A stretch of 42,905 nt of DNA, taken from Patescibacteria group bacterium. Lineage in GTDB: Bacteria > Patescibacteriota > Minisyncoccia > Phycocordibacterales > Zambryskibacteraceae. Made by a program: the position numbers and the translations under genes. This document shows, piece by piece, positions 8,419-15,451 of this stretch (positions within the stretch are counted from its first letter, which is position 1; the number at the start of each line of letters is the position of its first letter). The DNA is taken from positions 1-42,905 of the forward strand of contig JAZKAE010000023.1 in assembly GCA_040389345.1 (NCBI GenBank), given 5' to 3'. The notes beneath the pieces are model-generated. The model had not been told where the DNA came from. It saw nothing but the letters and a program-made list of their open reading frames with translations, and did no database searches.

Positions 8419-9573
8419 CTAGAACGGCAAGTGCTTTAAATAGTCCGGAAGGTCGGCCATCGGAACCGTGTCTTGGGCCCGAGTAGAGACATTGCGGACG
8501 GTCACCGTGTGATCCAAGGCCTCCTTGTGGCCAACGATGAGGAGATAGGGTACCCGTAGAGATTCCGAGGCAGCAAGCTGGGCCGTGATCTTGTCCTTGC
8601 CCAAAAAGTGATACACGGGGATCCGGTGAGTCCTCAACAGCTCGATCAAGGGCAGGGATTTCAGCTTGGCCTCATGTCCGAGGTGGATCAAATAGAATCG
8701 AGGTTTTGGGAGTTCTTTGTAGATCTTCGCCGGCCCATCCTTTTTGGCATGAGCAAAGATGGTCATCGAGGCAGAGGGGAGCTCCTTTTTGAAGCCGACC
8801 CTTTTAGTGAGGCGAGAATAGCGGGCGCCTTCGGCAAGTACCATCTCGCTCTCGGCGTCCCTGATGGCAAAGATCGTGTGCGATGTGTATTCCTTGTTGC
8901 CGACGAGGGTGCAGTCGAGCTTGAATTCAACACCAAGGGATTCGAGGCATTCAAGCATTTCTTTAAAGTGCGCGCGCGATCCCGAGGTGAGCGAGGCGAT
9001 GGATGCAGGGAGGCGATCTTTGATCTCTTCGGGGAGTGCAAGTTTCAACAATTCAAACACATCTTCCTTGATCTTCTTTTTGTGCTCGGGCGGGATGTCT
9101 GTGGAGACCTTTTTCACATATGAATGCAGTTCGCGCTCATAGGCAGTGATCGAGTCTTTGTCTCCGACGGAATTCACTTCGACGATGAGGCGCTTGTGGC
9201 CTTCTTCCATGAGGATAGTGAGCCCTGTGCGGATGAGGATCGCTTCGGCTACTGCAGAAGGGAACCCGAGGACGTGGAGGCAATAGTCATGAGAGCGCGA
9301 TTGGGGCTTTTTATAAATGACCGAAAGCGGGTGGGGAAGCGAGGAGAATTCATTTTCTAGGTACATGCGCAAGAACGCCGCCTTCTCTGCTGCGTCGTGG
9401 ACGCGCCCAGGCTTAACTCCTTCAACCTCGACCTTGCAGTCTTCAGTGAGCTTGAGGTCAATGTCTTTTATTTTCGGGCAATTGATCGGAGTGAATCCAA
9501 AATGCGCAGCAAGATAGATCGGTCTGTCGTAGTCGCTTGAAAGGTATCCTGGCTTCTTAGTTAGTTTGGTCAT
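8419..9573 (-). CDS. HisRS-like class II aaRS paralogue with degenerate catalytic motifs plus an HGTP anticodon-binding domain
   Basis: IYKKPQSRSHDY compares with RYERPQxGRYRQF, and LAEGARYS with GGRYD. The C-terminal anticodon-binding-like domain (YLLIVGHKEALDHTVTVRN) looks intact. The motif-3 glycines are replaced. Confidence 0.55.
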   Translation of the reverse strand: MTKLTKKPGYLSSDYDRPIYLAAHFGFTPINCPKIKDIDLKLTEDCKVEVEGVKPGRVHDAAEKAAFLRMYLENEFSSLPHPLSVIYKKPQSRSHDYCLHVLGFPSAVAEAILIRTGLTILMEEGHKRLIVEVNSVGDKDSITAYERELHSYVKKVSTDIPPEHKKKIKEDVFELLKLALPEEIKDRLPASIASLTSGSRAHFKEMLECLESLGVEFKLDCTLVGNKEYTSHTIFAIRDAESEMVLAEGARYSRLTKRVGFKKELPSASMTIFAHAKKDGPAKIYKELPKPRFYLIHLGHEAKLKSLPLIELLRTHRIPVYHFLGKDKITAQLAASESLRVPYLLIVGHKEALDHTVTVRNVSTRAQDTVPMADLPDYLKHLPF

Positions 9574-10171
9574 CGAAATGTGTTGCTCCAGGCCAGATCG
9601 TGGGAGGCCAGAAACGTACGATCGGACGGCCGATGATGTTGGCTTTTGGGACGGTTCCCCAAAGTCTCGAATCAGCAGAGCCTGCGCGGTTGTCTCCCAT
9701 CACAAAGTATTCTGTGGGCCCGAGGGTCGAAGTCGACGAATCGGACTTTGTGAACTGGATATATGGTTCAGCCAAAGTAAATCCTTCCGGATGAGCACTG
9801 TTTTTTATGGTGACTGTACCATTGGTTATCATCACAGTCTCTCCAGGCAGGCCTATCACTCGCTTTATAAAGTATTTAGAAGGATCTTTTGGATATTTGA
9901 AGATAAGGACCGATCCACGCTCTGGAGCTTTGAAATGATACGAGAGCTCATCGACGATGAGGTATTCTCCAGTGTGAAAAGTGGGGTCCATTGATGCTCC
10001 GTCGACGATAAACGGCTGAGCGACGAACATTCTGAACGGCACGACGACGAACACTGCGAGGAGGAGGAGCTTGCCGAGCTCGACGATGAACGAAGATGGT
10101 TTCTCTTTTGGAGGTTGAGGAGCAGAAGGAACTGAGGAAGTGATTGGAGTGTCTTCGTGCATAATTTTCAT
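9557..10171 (-). CDS. lepB: Signal peptidase I
   Basis: GASMDPTF (catalytic Ser), KRVIGLPGE (catalytic Lys box), GDNRAGSADSR. Confidence 0.92.
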   Translation of the reverse strand: MKIMHEDTPITSSVPSAPQPPKEKPSSFIVELGKLLLLAVFVVVPFRMFVAQPFIVDGASMDPTFHTGEYLIVDELSYHFKAPERGSVLIFKYPKDPSKYFIKRVIGLPGETVMITNGTVTIKNSAHPEGFTLAEPYIQFTKSDSSTSTLGPTEYFVMGDNRAGSADSRLWGTVPKANIIGRPIVRFWPPTIWPGATHFDDQTN

Positions 10172-10195
10172 TGCATTGTATTATCTAAGTTCATT

Positions 10196-10204
10196 TGACA
10201 CAAT
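10196..10204 (+). promoter_or_regulatory. Extended -10 element TGaCACAAT, 6 nt upstream of the pth ATG
   Basis: TG at 10196-10197 and CACAAT at 10199-10204; ATG at 10211. Confidence 0.35.
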
Positions 10205-10210
10205 AGGCGC

Positions 10211-10738
10211 ATGTATATCGTCGTAGGTTTAGGCAATCCAGGAGAAGAATTTGAACACACTCGCCACAATACGGGGAGACTTTTGCTTGGAGAGCTTGCA
10301 AAAAAAGACATTCAGAATGTGAAGCTCGTGCATTTGGATACATTTATGAACAAGTCGGGAAGCGGAGTGGCAAAAGTAGTGAAAAGCAAGAAGGCGGCGG
10401 AGAAGCTCGTTGTTGTGTACGACGACCTCGACCTGCCTCTCGGGGTGATGAAAGTCTCGTTTGATCGAGGATCGGGAGGGCACAAGGGGATCGAGTCGAT
10501 CGTAAAGGCTCTCGGTACAGGCGCATTCGTACGGATCAGGATAGGGATCAGTCCGACCACTCCAAGCGGGAAGATCAAGAAGCCAAAAGGCGAAGCGGCC
10601 GTAGAAAAATTCATCCTCGGGGAATTCAAAAAATCTGAAATGGAGACATTAAAAAAGGTATTCAAACGCGCAGAGACTGCGGTCGAATACCTGGCAACAG
10701 ACGGACTCCAGAAGGCGATGACCGAGTGCAACGGGTAA
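10211..10738 (+). CDS. pth: Peptidyl-tRNA hydrolase
   Basis: N-terminal VGLGNPGEEFEHTRHNTG signature. Confidence 0.92.
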   Translation: MYIVVGLGNPGEEFEHTRHNTGRLLLGELAKKDIQNVKLVHLDTFMNKSGSGVAKVVKSKKAAEKLVVVYDDLDLPLGVMKVSFDRGSGGHKGIESIVKALGTGAFVRIRIGISPTTPSGKIKKPKGEAAVEKFILGEFKKSEMETLKKVFKRAETAVEYLATDGLQKAMTECNG

Positions 10739-10740
10739 AT

Positions 10741-10762
10741 AAAAAACGCGACAAGGTCGCGC
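10741..10762 (-). terminator. Rho-independent terminator
   Basis: CGCGAC-ctt-GTCGCG followed by TTTTTT on the minus strand, immediately after the stop at 10763. Confidence 0.7.
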
Positions 10763-11311
10763 TTAGGATTCAGATCTCTCTACAGCTTGTCTCACCGTCT
10801 CTTCAAGTGTGGGAAAGATCACAAAGTCCATCTTCAATGCTGCGTTCCAGTTCTTCTGCATGACACTGAGGCCGGGGAATCTTTCCTCTGCCCCCATGAC
10901 GAAGCGAGTATGTTTGGCGGACATCATTCGTCCGCGCCATTCGCCGATCTCTCCGTATGAGTCTCGCGCATAGGGCTGGCCATCGCTGCGAGGGTTGAAT
11001 GGGTCTTCACATGGAAGCCAGGCTAGGATGCAGCCGTTCTTGTCCGAACGAGCAGCCTCCTCAAGGTAATAGCGCTCCCACGTAGTTTGATCTGAGAAAT
11101 CATTTGGTCTCGCGCCTTTTGCGAAACGAGATTTCAAGGGATGATCGGATTCCCATCTGCAGGGCACAGCGATCGTGGCCTCAGGCGTGAGAACATCCAG
11201 GATGGCGCAGGCTCTCTCCTGCCAGTTTCCGCCCCCTTGGATCGGTCCAAGGAGGAAGAAGAGCCTTTCCTGCCGTGCCAGGTCGAATTCTATCGGGCGG
11301 AGAATGCGCAT
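10763..11311 (-). CDS. Nucleoside 2-deoxyribosyltransferase-like (NDT/DNPH1-type fold) protein, function unknown
   Basis: By-eye matches to the NDT fold: N-terminal LFFLLGPIQGGGNWQ, TWERYYLEEAA, CILAWLP and DSYGEIGEW (compare DSGTxFExG). Confidence 0.35.
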   Translation of the reverse strand: MRILRPIEFDLARQERLFFLLGPIQGGGNWQERACAILDVLTPEATIAVPCRWESDHPLKSRFAKGARPNDFSDQTTWERYYLEEAARSDKNGCILAWLPCEDPFNPRSDGQPYARDSYGEIGEWRGRMMSAKHTRFVMGAEERFPGLSVMQKNWNAALKMDFVIFPTLEETVRQAVERSES

Positions 11312-11381
11312 GTGTATTCAGGGCTAGGGTACGTGGTTCTTTTCATAAAATGCCTTATAAATTTAATAAAGTCAATTAAAG

Positions 11382-11405
11382 AAAAAGACCCCGTGATTCG
11401 GGGTC
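11382..11405 (-). terminator. Rho-independent terminator
   Basis: GACCCCG-aatca-CGGGGTC followed by TTTTT on the minus strand. It overlaps the TGA stop. Confidence 0.75.
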
Positions 11406-11874
11406 AATCGAGGTGCCCTGTCTCTCGTAGGCATTCCTCGTAGTCGGCATTGCCCACGAAGGCCTTGTAGCCATGATGGAATGCTTCTTCGATGGCCGCG
11501 CTTTCGGCCTCATCGAGCATGGTTGGGTTTCCAAGCCGACTCCTCAGAGTCTCGACCGCCAGTGGAGTGAAGGCGTAGATGGGTCCGCTTTCAGAATCTG
11601 AGTTGAAGGTGACCCAGCCTTCCTTGATCATCCGACTGAGCGCCAGAGAGATCGCTGGGTACCTTCTATCCTCATCGCACCGGAATCCCAGGCTGCGGAT
11701 GTGGCGCATGGCCAGGTATTCGAGTACGAAGGGCAGGGCCTTATGGAGTCTCCACTCCTTGAAGCAGAAGATTTTTTCTTCTACTCCGGCCCGCAATCCT
11801 CTGTAGATGAACCTGAGGAGGATCTCGTACTGACGTTCAGCTTCTTGTGATGCGGCGGTAGATATGCTGTTCAT
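11404..11874 (-). CDS. Hypothetical protein, possibly winged-helix
   Basis: GGAGAG lies upstream of ATG 11874 (MNSIS...); an alternative start is at 11886. The segment YPAISLALSRMIKEGWVTF...IYAFTPLAVETL looks like a wHTH. Confidence 0.5.
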   Translation of the reverse strand: MNSISTAASQEAERQYEILLRFIYRGLRAGVEEKIFCFKEWRLHKALPFVLEYLAMRHIRSLGFRCDEDRRYPAISLALSRMIKEGWVTFNSDSESGPIYAFTPLAVETLRSRLGNPTMLDEAESAAIEEAFHHGYKAFVGNADYEECLRETGHLD

Positions 11875-11905
11875 GCCACTCTCCAAAGTTCGGGTTTCTT
11901 ATCTC

Positions 11906-11933
11906 ACCCTACTACTTCCGTGAATTTTTTCAA
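11906..11933 (-). promoter_or_regulatory. Promoter TTGAAA-N16-TAGGGT
   Basis: Minus strand reads TTGAAAaaattcacggaagtagTAGGGT. It is homologous to the module at 12440-12467. Confidence 0.4.
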
Positions 11934-11934
11934 T

Positions 11935-11959
11935 AAAAAAGCGACCCTTAAGTGGTCGC
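11935..11959 (-). terminator. Rho-independent terminator
   Basis: GCGACC-acttaag-GGTCGC followed by TTTTTT on the minus strand. The TAA stop lies in the loop. Confidence 0.75.
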
Positions 11960-12409
11960 GGGCACTGTCTTGTTTTTCACGGCAGTGTAAAAAGCCGCGA
12001 TAGCTGAATTCAAGTCGCTCTCGCAGAATCCGACAGCGATCCCAGCTGCCTCTTTCAAGCAGTTTCGCATGATCTCCTGGCGATCGAACTCTCCTTGGTG
12101 CAGGAAGGACCATGCAAGGTTTTTGCTTTCTGGGTGCTCGCTGAACGCTCTCTCGTAGAGAGTAACTGCTGGACACTCTTCATTCCCTTCGTCGTAGGAG
12201 TAGAGACTGCTGTGGCCAAGCCCCAGTGCTTCGGCAAAGACGGGGAAGTGCACGTGAGTATCTCTTACTCGAAGGCTGCGGAGGTTGTCGTTCTGGTCTG
12301 CCATGTCGAGGGAGACCAGCGAGTACAACAGTCGGACTACCTTGATCGCTCGCTGTTCATCGTTCGTTGCGTCAAGTACGAAGTTTACAGCAGTTGAATG
12401 TGCAGTCAT
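11948..12409 (-). CDS. Hypothetical, predicted all-alpha protein
   Basis: 153-aa ORF with its own promoter module and terminator. No family recognised. Confidence 0.5.
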   Translation of the reverse strand: MTAHSTAVNFVLDATNDEQRAIKVVRLLYSLVSLDMADQNDNLRSLRVRDTHVHFPVFAEALGLGHSSLYSYDEGNEECPAVTLYERAFSEHPESKNLAWSFLHQGEFDRQEIMRNCLKEAAGIAVGFCESDLNSAIAAFYTAVKNKTVPATT

Positions 12410-12439
12410 TTTGCATTCCTGTGTGAGGGATCTACGCTC

Positions 12440-12467
12440 ACACTACTCCTTATAGAGAATTTTTCAA
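12440..12467 (-). promoter_or_regulatory. Promoter TTGAAA-N16-TAGTGT
   Basis: Minus strand reads TTGAAAaattctctataaggagTAGTGT. The inverted repeat GTGTGAG-N9-CTCACAC (12421-12443) overlaps the -10. Confidence 0.4.
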
Positions 12468-12469
12468 AC

Positions 12470-12490
12470 AAAAAACCCGCTTTCGCGGGC
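12470..12490 (-). terminator. Rho-independent terminator after rpsA
   Basis: CCCGC-gaaa-GCGGG followed by a T-run on the minus strand. Confidence 0.65.
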
Positions 12491-12510
12491 CGTTTGTTTT
12501 TTTGAGTTTG

Positions 12511-13620
12511 TTATTTCTTCTCGACGTATGAGAGAGCCATCTTTTGTTCCTTTGGATCAAAGAGGGTGATCTTGAAGGAATAGGTCTTGCCCATCTCAAG
12601 CTTCTCGCGGAGCTTGTCTTCGCCGCCGAATTCAGAGACGTGGACGAGTCCAGCCACTCCTTCTTCGATCGAAGCGAGAGCTCCGTGCTTGTTGAACTTG
12701 ATGATGACACCTTCGACTACATCATCCTTCTTGTATTTCTTCTCTGCGCCTTTCCAAGGATTTTCCTTTAGAGCCTTGATCGAGAGAGAGATCTTGTCAT
12801 CCTTGATCTCGATGATCTTGACCTTTACCTTCTCGCCGATCTTGAACATGGTCTTTGGATTCTCGACGAGGCCCCAATCGATCTCTGAGATGTGGACCAA
12901 GCCTTCAAGTCCTTCTTCAAGCTTCACGAAGACGCCGAAGTCGACGAGCCCGGTCACTTCACCGGTGAGCTCATCACCGAGAGTGTATTTCTGGATGATG
13001 TTCTCCTTATTTTTTGCCTCAGGGGACTTCTCAGAGAAGATGAGCTTGCCTTCCTTTGGATTGGCTCCGATGATCTGGACCGAGAGCTTCACGCCGACGA
13101 GCTTCTTCAACTCTTCAAGGATCTTGTCCTTGTCTCCATCAGTGACTCGAGGATAGTGCTCAGGTTTAAGCTGAGATGCGGGGAGGAATCCGGAGATGCC
13201 TTGCCAGTTGATGATGAGTCCGCCCTTGTTCGCATCGGTGATAGGGAGTTCGTAGACTCGTTTCTCGTTGATCGCTTCTTCGGCTTCAGACCAGATGAGT
13301 GCCTGACGAGCTTCCTTGAGCGAGATCTCAATGTAGCCTTCCTTGCCGCCGATGTGGACGACCTTGCCGGCGACGGTGTCGCCTGGGTTAATTTTCTTGA
13401 TGATGTCTCGGGCGTTGATGAATTCGCGGCCAAAGATGATACCTGTACCGAAGGGATGGAGGTCGATGTAGACCGCGCCTTTGTCTATGGATATGACCGG
13501 ACCTTCGACGACATCTTCGACTGAAGGAGGATTAGGCGTAGTTTCTACAAGCTGTCCCATCATCGAATCATCGACGACGGGCTCCTTTTTCACTTTTTCT
13601 TTCTTTTCTTTAATAGGCAT
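12511..13620 (-). CDS. rpsA: 30S ribosomal protein bS1 (four S1 domains)
   Basis: Repeated S1/OB motifs, for example GEVTGLVDFGVFVKL..GLVHISE and VEGVIIKFNKHGALASI..GLVHVSE. Confidence 0.9.
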   Translation of the reverse strand: MPIKEKKEKVKKEPVVDDSMMGQLVETTPNPPSVEDVVEGPVISIDKGAVYIDLHPFGTGIIFGREFINARDIIKKINPGDTVAGKVVHIGGKEGYIEISLKEARQALIWSEAEEAINEKRVYELPITDANKGGLIINWQGISGFLPASQLKPEHYPRVTDGDKDKILEELKKLVGVKLSVQIIGANPKEGKLIFSEKSPEAKNKENIIQKYTLGDELTGEVTGLVDFGVFVKLEEGLEGLVHISEIDWGLVENPKTMFKIGEKVKVKIIEIKDDKISLSIKALKENPWKGAEKKYKKDDVVEGVIIKFNKHGALASIEEGVAGLVHVSEFGGEDKLREKLEMGKTYSFKITLFDPKEQKMALSYVEKK

Positions 13621-13711
13621 GAATATTGCCCGATCCTGGTCCAGAGGCTTATGAATGTGTGCCAGAGCCGCTGGGGGTAACAGGAACGGGGATTAATAAG
13701 ATGCGAAAGTC

Positions 13712-13739
13712 ACCATACCAGAAAAATGTATAAATGCAA
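13712..13739 (-). promoter_or_regulatory. Possible rpsA promoter TTGCAT-N16-TATGGT
   Basis: Minus strand reads TTGCATttatacatttttctggTATGGT. A leader of about 90 nt without an obvious SD follows. Confidence 0.3.
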
Positions 13740-13760
13740 AGCCCCGACCGTGGTCGGGGC
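13738..13760 (-). terminator. Hairpin terminator
   Basis: GCCCCGACC-ac-GGTCGGGGC, a 9-bp stem, followed by TTT on the minus strand. Confidence 0.5.
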
Positions 13761-13821
13761 AGTGCAGTACTAGGTACTGCGTGCGTTCGGGCGGATGCCT
13801 AAACGCAGAGAGAGGTGGCCG

Positions 13822-14343
13822 TCAGGCGCTGTCGGGCGCCGGGTTCGCGGAGTCGACCTTCGTGCTCGTCTTCGGCGACGCCGAGAGCATCGATGCGAGC
13901 CCGCCGGCCTCCGTGGTTTCATCGCCGATGGTGGCGTCGATCTGCGTGGTGGCGGGCATGTTGGACGTGAACGTCGCGGACCTGCTTTCAACGGGTGAAC
14001 TCGAGCCCAGCACGAACGTGCGTCCGGGGTCGATCGCGCCGCCCTTGATGGCGACCAGCGCGGGCTGCTTCATCGCCGAGTCGAACTCGGCCGGCTTCTT
14101 GGCGGACTCCTTCTTGATCACCTTGATCGCGGCCATCTCCTTGTAGGCGGCGATGCTGCGCTGGATGACGATGTCGGCGTTGTACGGCGCGACGATCGCC
14201 TCGGGCGCCAGCGCGGGGCCGGCGAGCGACATGAACTGGACGTAGCGGATGTTCGGCGTGGCCTGGGCCATCTGCGGCGAGATCGACACGAAACCGAGCG
14301 CCATGGCGACGGCGAGCAGCGTGAGGCGAGCGAGACGCTTCAT
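13822..14343 (-). CDS. Secreted protein of unknown function with extreme G/C third-position bias
   Basis: GGAGG lies 6 nt upstream of ATG 14343. Signal peptide MKRLARLTLLAVAMALGFVSISPQMAQA. In my hand translation only about 11 of about 173 codons end in A or T. The longer track ORF begins upstream of the RBS. Confidence 0.65.
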   Translation of the reverse strand: MKRLARLTLLAVAMALGFVSISPQMAQATPNIRYVQFMSLAGPALAPEAIVAPYNADIVIQRSIAAYKEMAAIKVIKKESAKKPAEFDSAMKQPALVAIKGGAIDPGRTFVLGSSSPVESRSATFTSNMPATTQIDATIGDETTEAGGLASMLSASPKTSTKVDSANPAPDSA

Positions 14344-14402
14344 GGGCAACCTCCTCTCTGAGAAAGAACTCTGCAAGGGACTGAACCCGGTGCAACCTAT
14401 TG

Positions 14403-14430
14403 AATATACAAAGCCACACATATTTGTCAA
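14403..14430 (-). promoter_or_regulatory. Promoter TTGACA-N16-TATATT
   Basis: Minus strand reads TTGACAaatatgtgtggctttgTATATT. Confidence 0.55.
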
Positions 14431-14445
14431 GCGCAAGGTGGGTAT

Positions 14446-14484
14446 AAAAACAGAGAGCCCCCGAACGCGCGAAGCGTTCGGGGG
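14446..14484 (-). terminator. Rho-independent terminator
   Basis: CCCCCGAACGC-ttcgc-GCGTTCGGGGG, followed after 7 nt by TTTTT on the minus strand. Confidence 0.65.
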
Positions 14485-14937
14485 CGGTACTCGGTGGGCG
14501 ATCTTAGCTTGTAGGCTGGTCGCCGGTCGAGGTGAAGAAGTTTGGTCAGGGCTTCAGAAGGTGCTTCCGAGCTAGCTCGGGGCGATCTGACCGGTCAGCG
14601 TATTGTCCGCCGGTGTGCATCGCTCATGAGCTAGGGCAGGGGATGTGCCAGCCCCTAGGTACTTCGTCGCATGCTGGGTCCCTCATGTAAGGGTCATTCA
14701 TGGCGTGCCGGGTTCACGCGAGTGCGTCCGGATGTCTCATGCGTTCGCACAAGACAGTGTCCACTCTTGATGCGCCCTAACTTTTTTTCTAGGCTCCACG
14801 GGAGATCGTTTTGTCCGATCGATACATCGACCAGTCTCTGCGATTTTCCTTTAGGTGCCCGCTTGTTGGGCCGGGGCGTCTTGAGGGGACGAACAACTTC
14901 TTCTTGTATAGGTGCAGAGGAGGTAAGTCCTGAATCT
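14446..14937 (-). ncRNA. Candidate structured non-coding transcript of about 490 nt, class unknown
   Basis: Bounded by a near-consensus promoter (14944-14971) and a strong terminator. No SD-plus-start combination lies downstream of the predicted TSS. No frame shows codon-position periodicity. The sequence is GC-rich with several perfect palindromes and hairpins. Confidence 0.35.
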
Positions 14938-14943
14938 GCTAGT

Positions 14944-14971
14944 ATCATATCATACTCATAAATATTGTCAA
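14944..14971 (-). promoter_or_regulatory. Promoter TTGACA-N16-TATGAT
   Basis: Minus strand reads TTGACAatatttatgagtatgaTATGAT. Confidence 0.55.
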
Positions 14972-15035
14972 GCACATCAATGCTTTCGTTGTGTGGATAA
15001 GCTAAAATACGGCTCTGTATAGCCACTTATTTTAT

Positions 15036-15061
15036 AATAAAAAAGCCCCCAGCAGATGGGG
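15036..15061 (-). terminator. Rho-independent terminator
   Basis: CCCCA-tctgc-TGGGG followed by CTTTTTTATT on the minus strand. Confidence 0.6.
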
Positions 15062-15071
15062 ACCAGAACAG

Positions 15072-15332
15072 TTACTTGGGAAGATTCTTCTGGCAGGGAC
15101 GGTGGTATTCACCGTTGATCCGGACAGCTTTCCGTGTGCATGGAACGGCCGGAACATCAGAAGTCCCAGCCTGGACAACGACAGGAGCGAGCCTTAGCAG
15201 CGTCTGAGGTGCCGCCGGATTCGTCTTCATCACGATCGTGGGCCCCACCAACATGATGGTAAGCAAGATCATGATGCAGGCGACGGGGTGGTCTCTGGTG
15301 AAGCCATCTTTCTTGCCGATGCTCTCTTCCAT
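15072..15332 (-). CDS. 86-aa membrane-anchored protein with Cys-containing C-terminal tail
   Basis: AAGGAG lies upstream of ATG 15332. Hydrophobic helix VACIMILLTIMLVGPTIV. Confidence 0.5.
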   Translation of the reverse strand: MEESIGKKDGFTRDHPVACIMILLTIMLVGPTIVMKTNPAAPQTLLRLAPVVVQAGTSDVPAVPCTRKAVRINGEYHRPCQKNLPK

Positions 15333-15435
15333 GACGGTCTCCTTGGCAAAGATGAGCGTACAGGGAGTCTGTACACAGTTGAGCATATAAGCGTATATAT
15401 ATCCAAACTCAACAGTGGATAACAGGCCTTAAATA

Positions 15436-15444
15436 TGCTAAAAT
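15436..15444 (+). promoter_or_regulatory. Extended -10 element TGcTAAAAT, 7 nt upstream of ATG 15452
   Basis: TG at 15436-15437 and TAAAAT at 15439-15444. A TGGATA -35-like hexamer lies 17 nt upstream. Confidence 0.45.
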
Positions 15445-15451
15445 AGGGCAT

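Noticed and set aside
14446-14937. Possible RNase P RNA or tmRNA.
   Set aside because: GAGGAGGTAAGTCC (plus strand, about 14915) superficially resembles the RNase P GAGGAAAGTCC box. However, it is on the wrong strand for the promoter and terminator, has an extra base, and has no matching CCGGCTTA partner. No tRNA-like GGTTCGA T-arm or tag ORF for tmRNA was found.
14694-15026. 110-aa minus-strand ORF, and the overlapping 96-aa plus-strand ORF at 14671-14961.
   Set aside because: The minus ORF needs a GTG start inside the upstream terminator region and runs through the predicted promoter. Neither ORF has an RBS or codon-position bias. They overlap each other in GC-rich DNA, where long random ORFs are expected.
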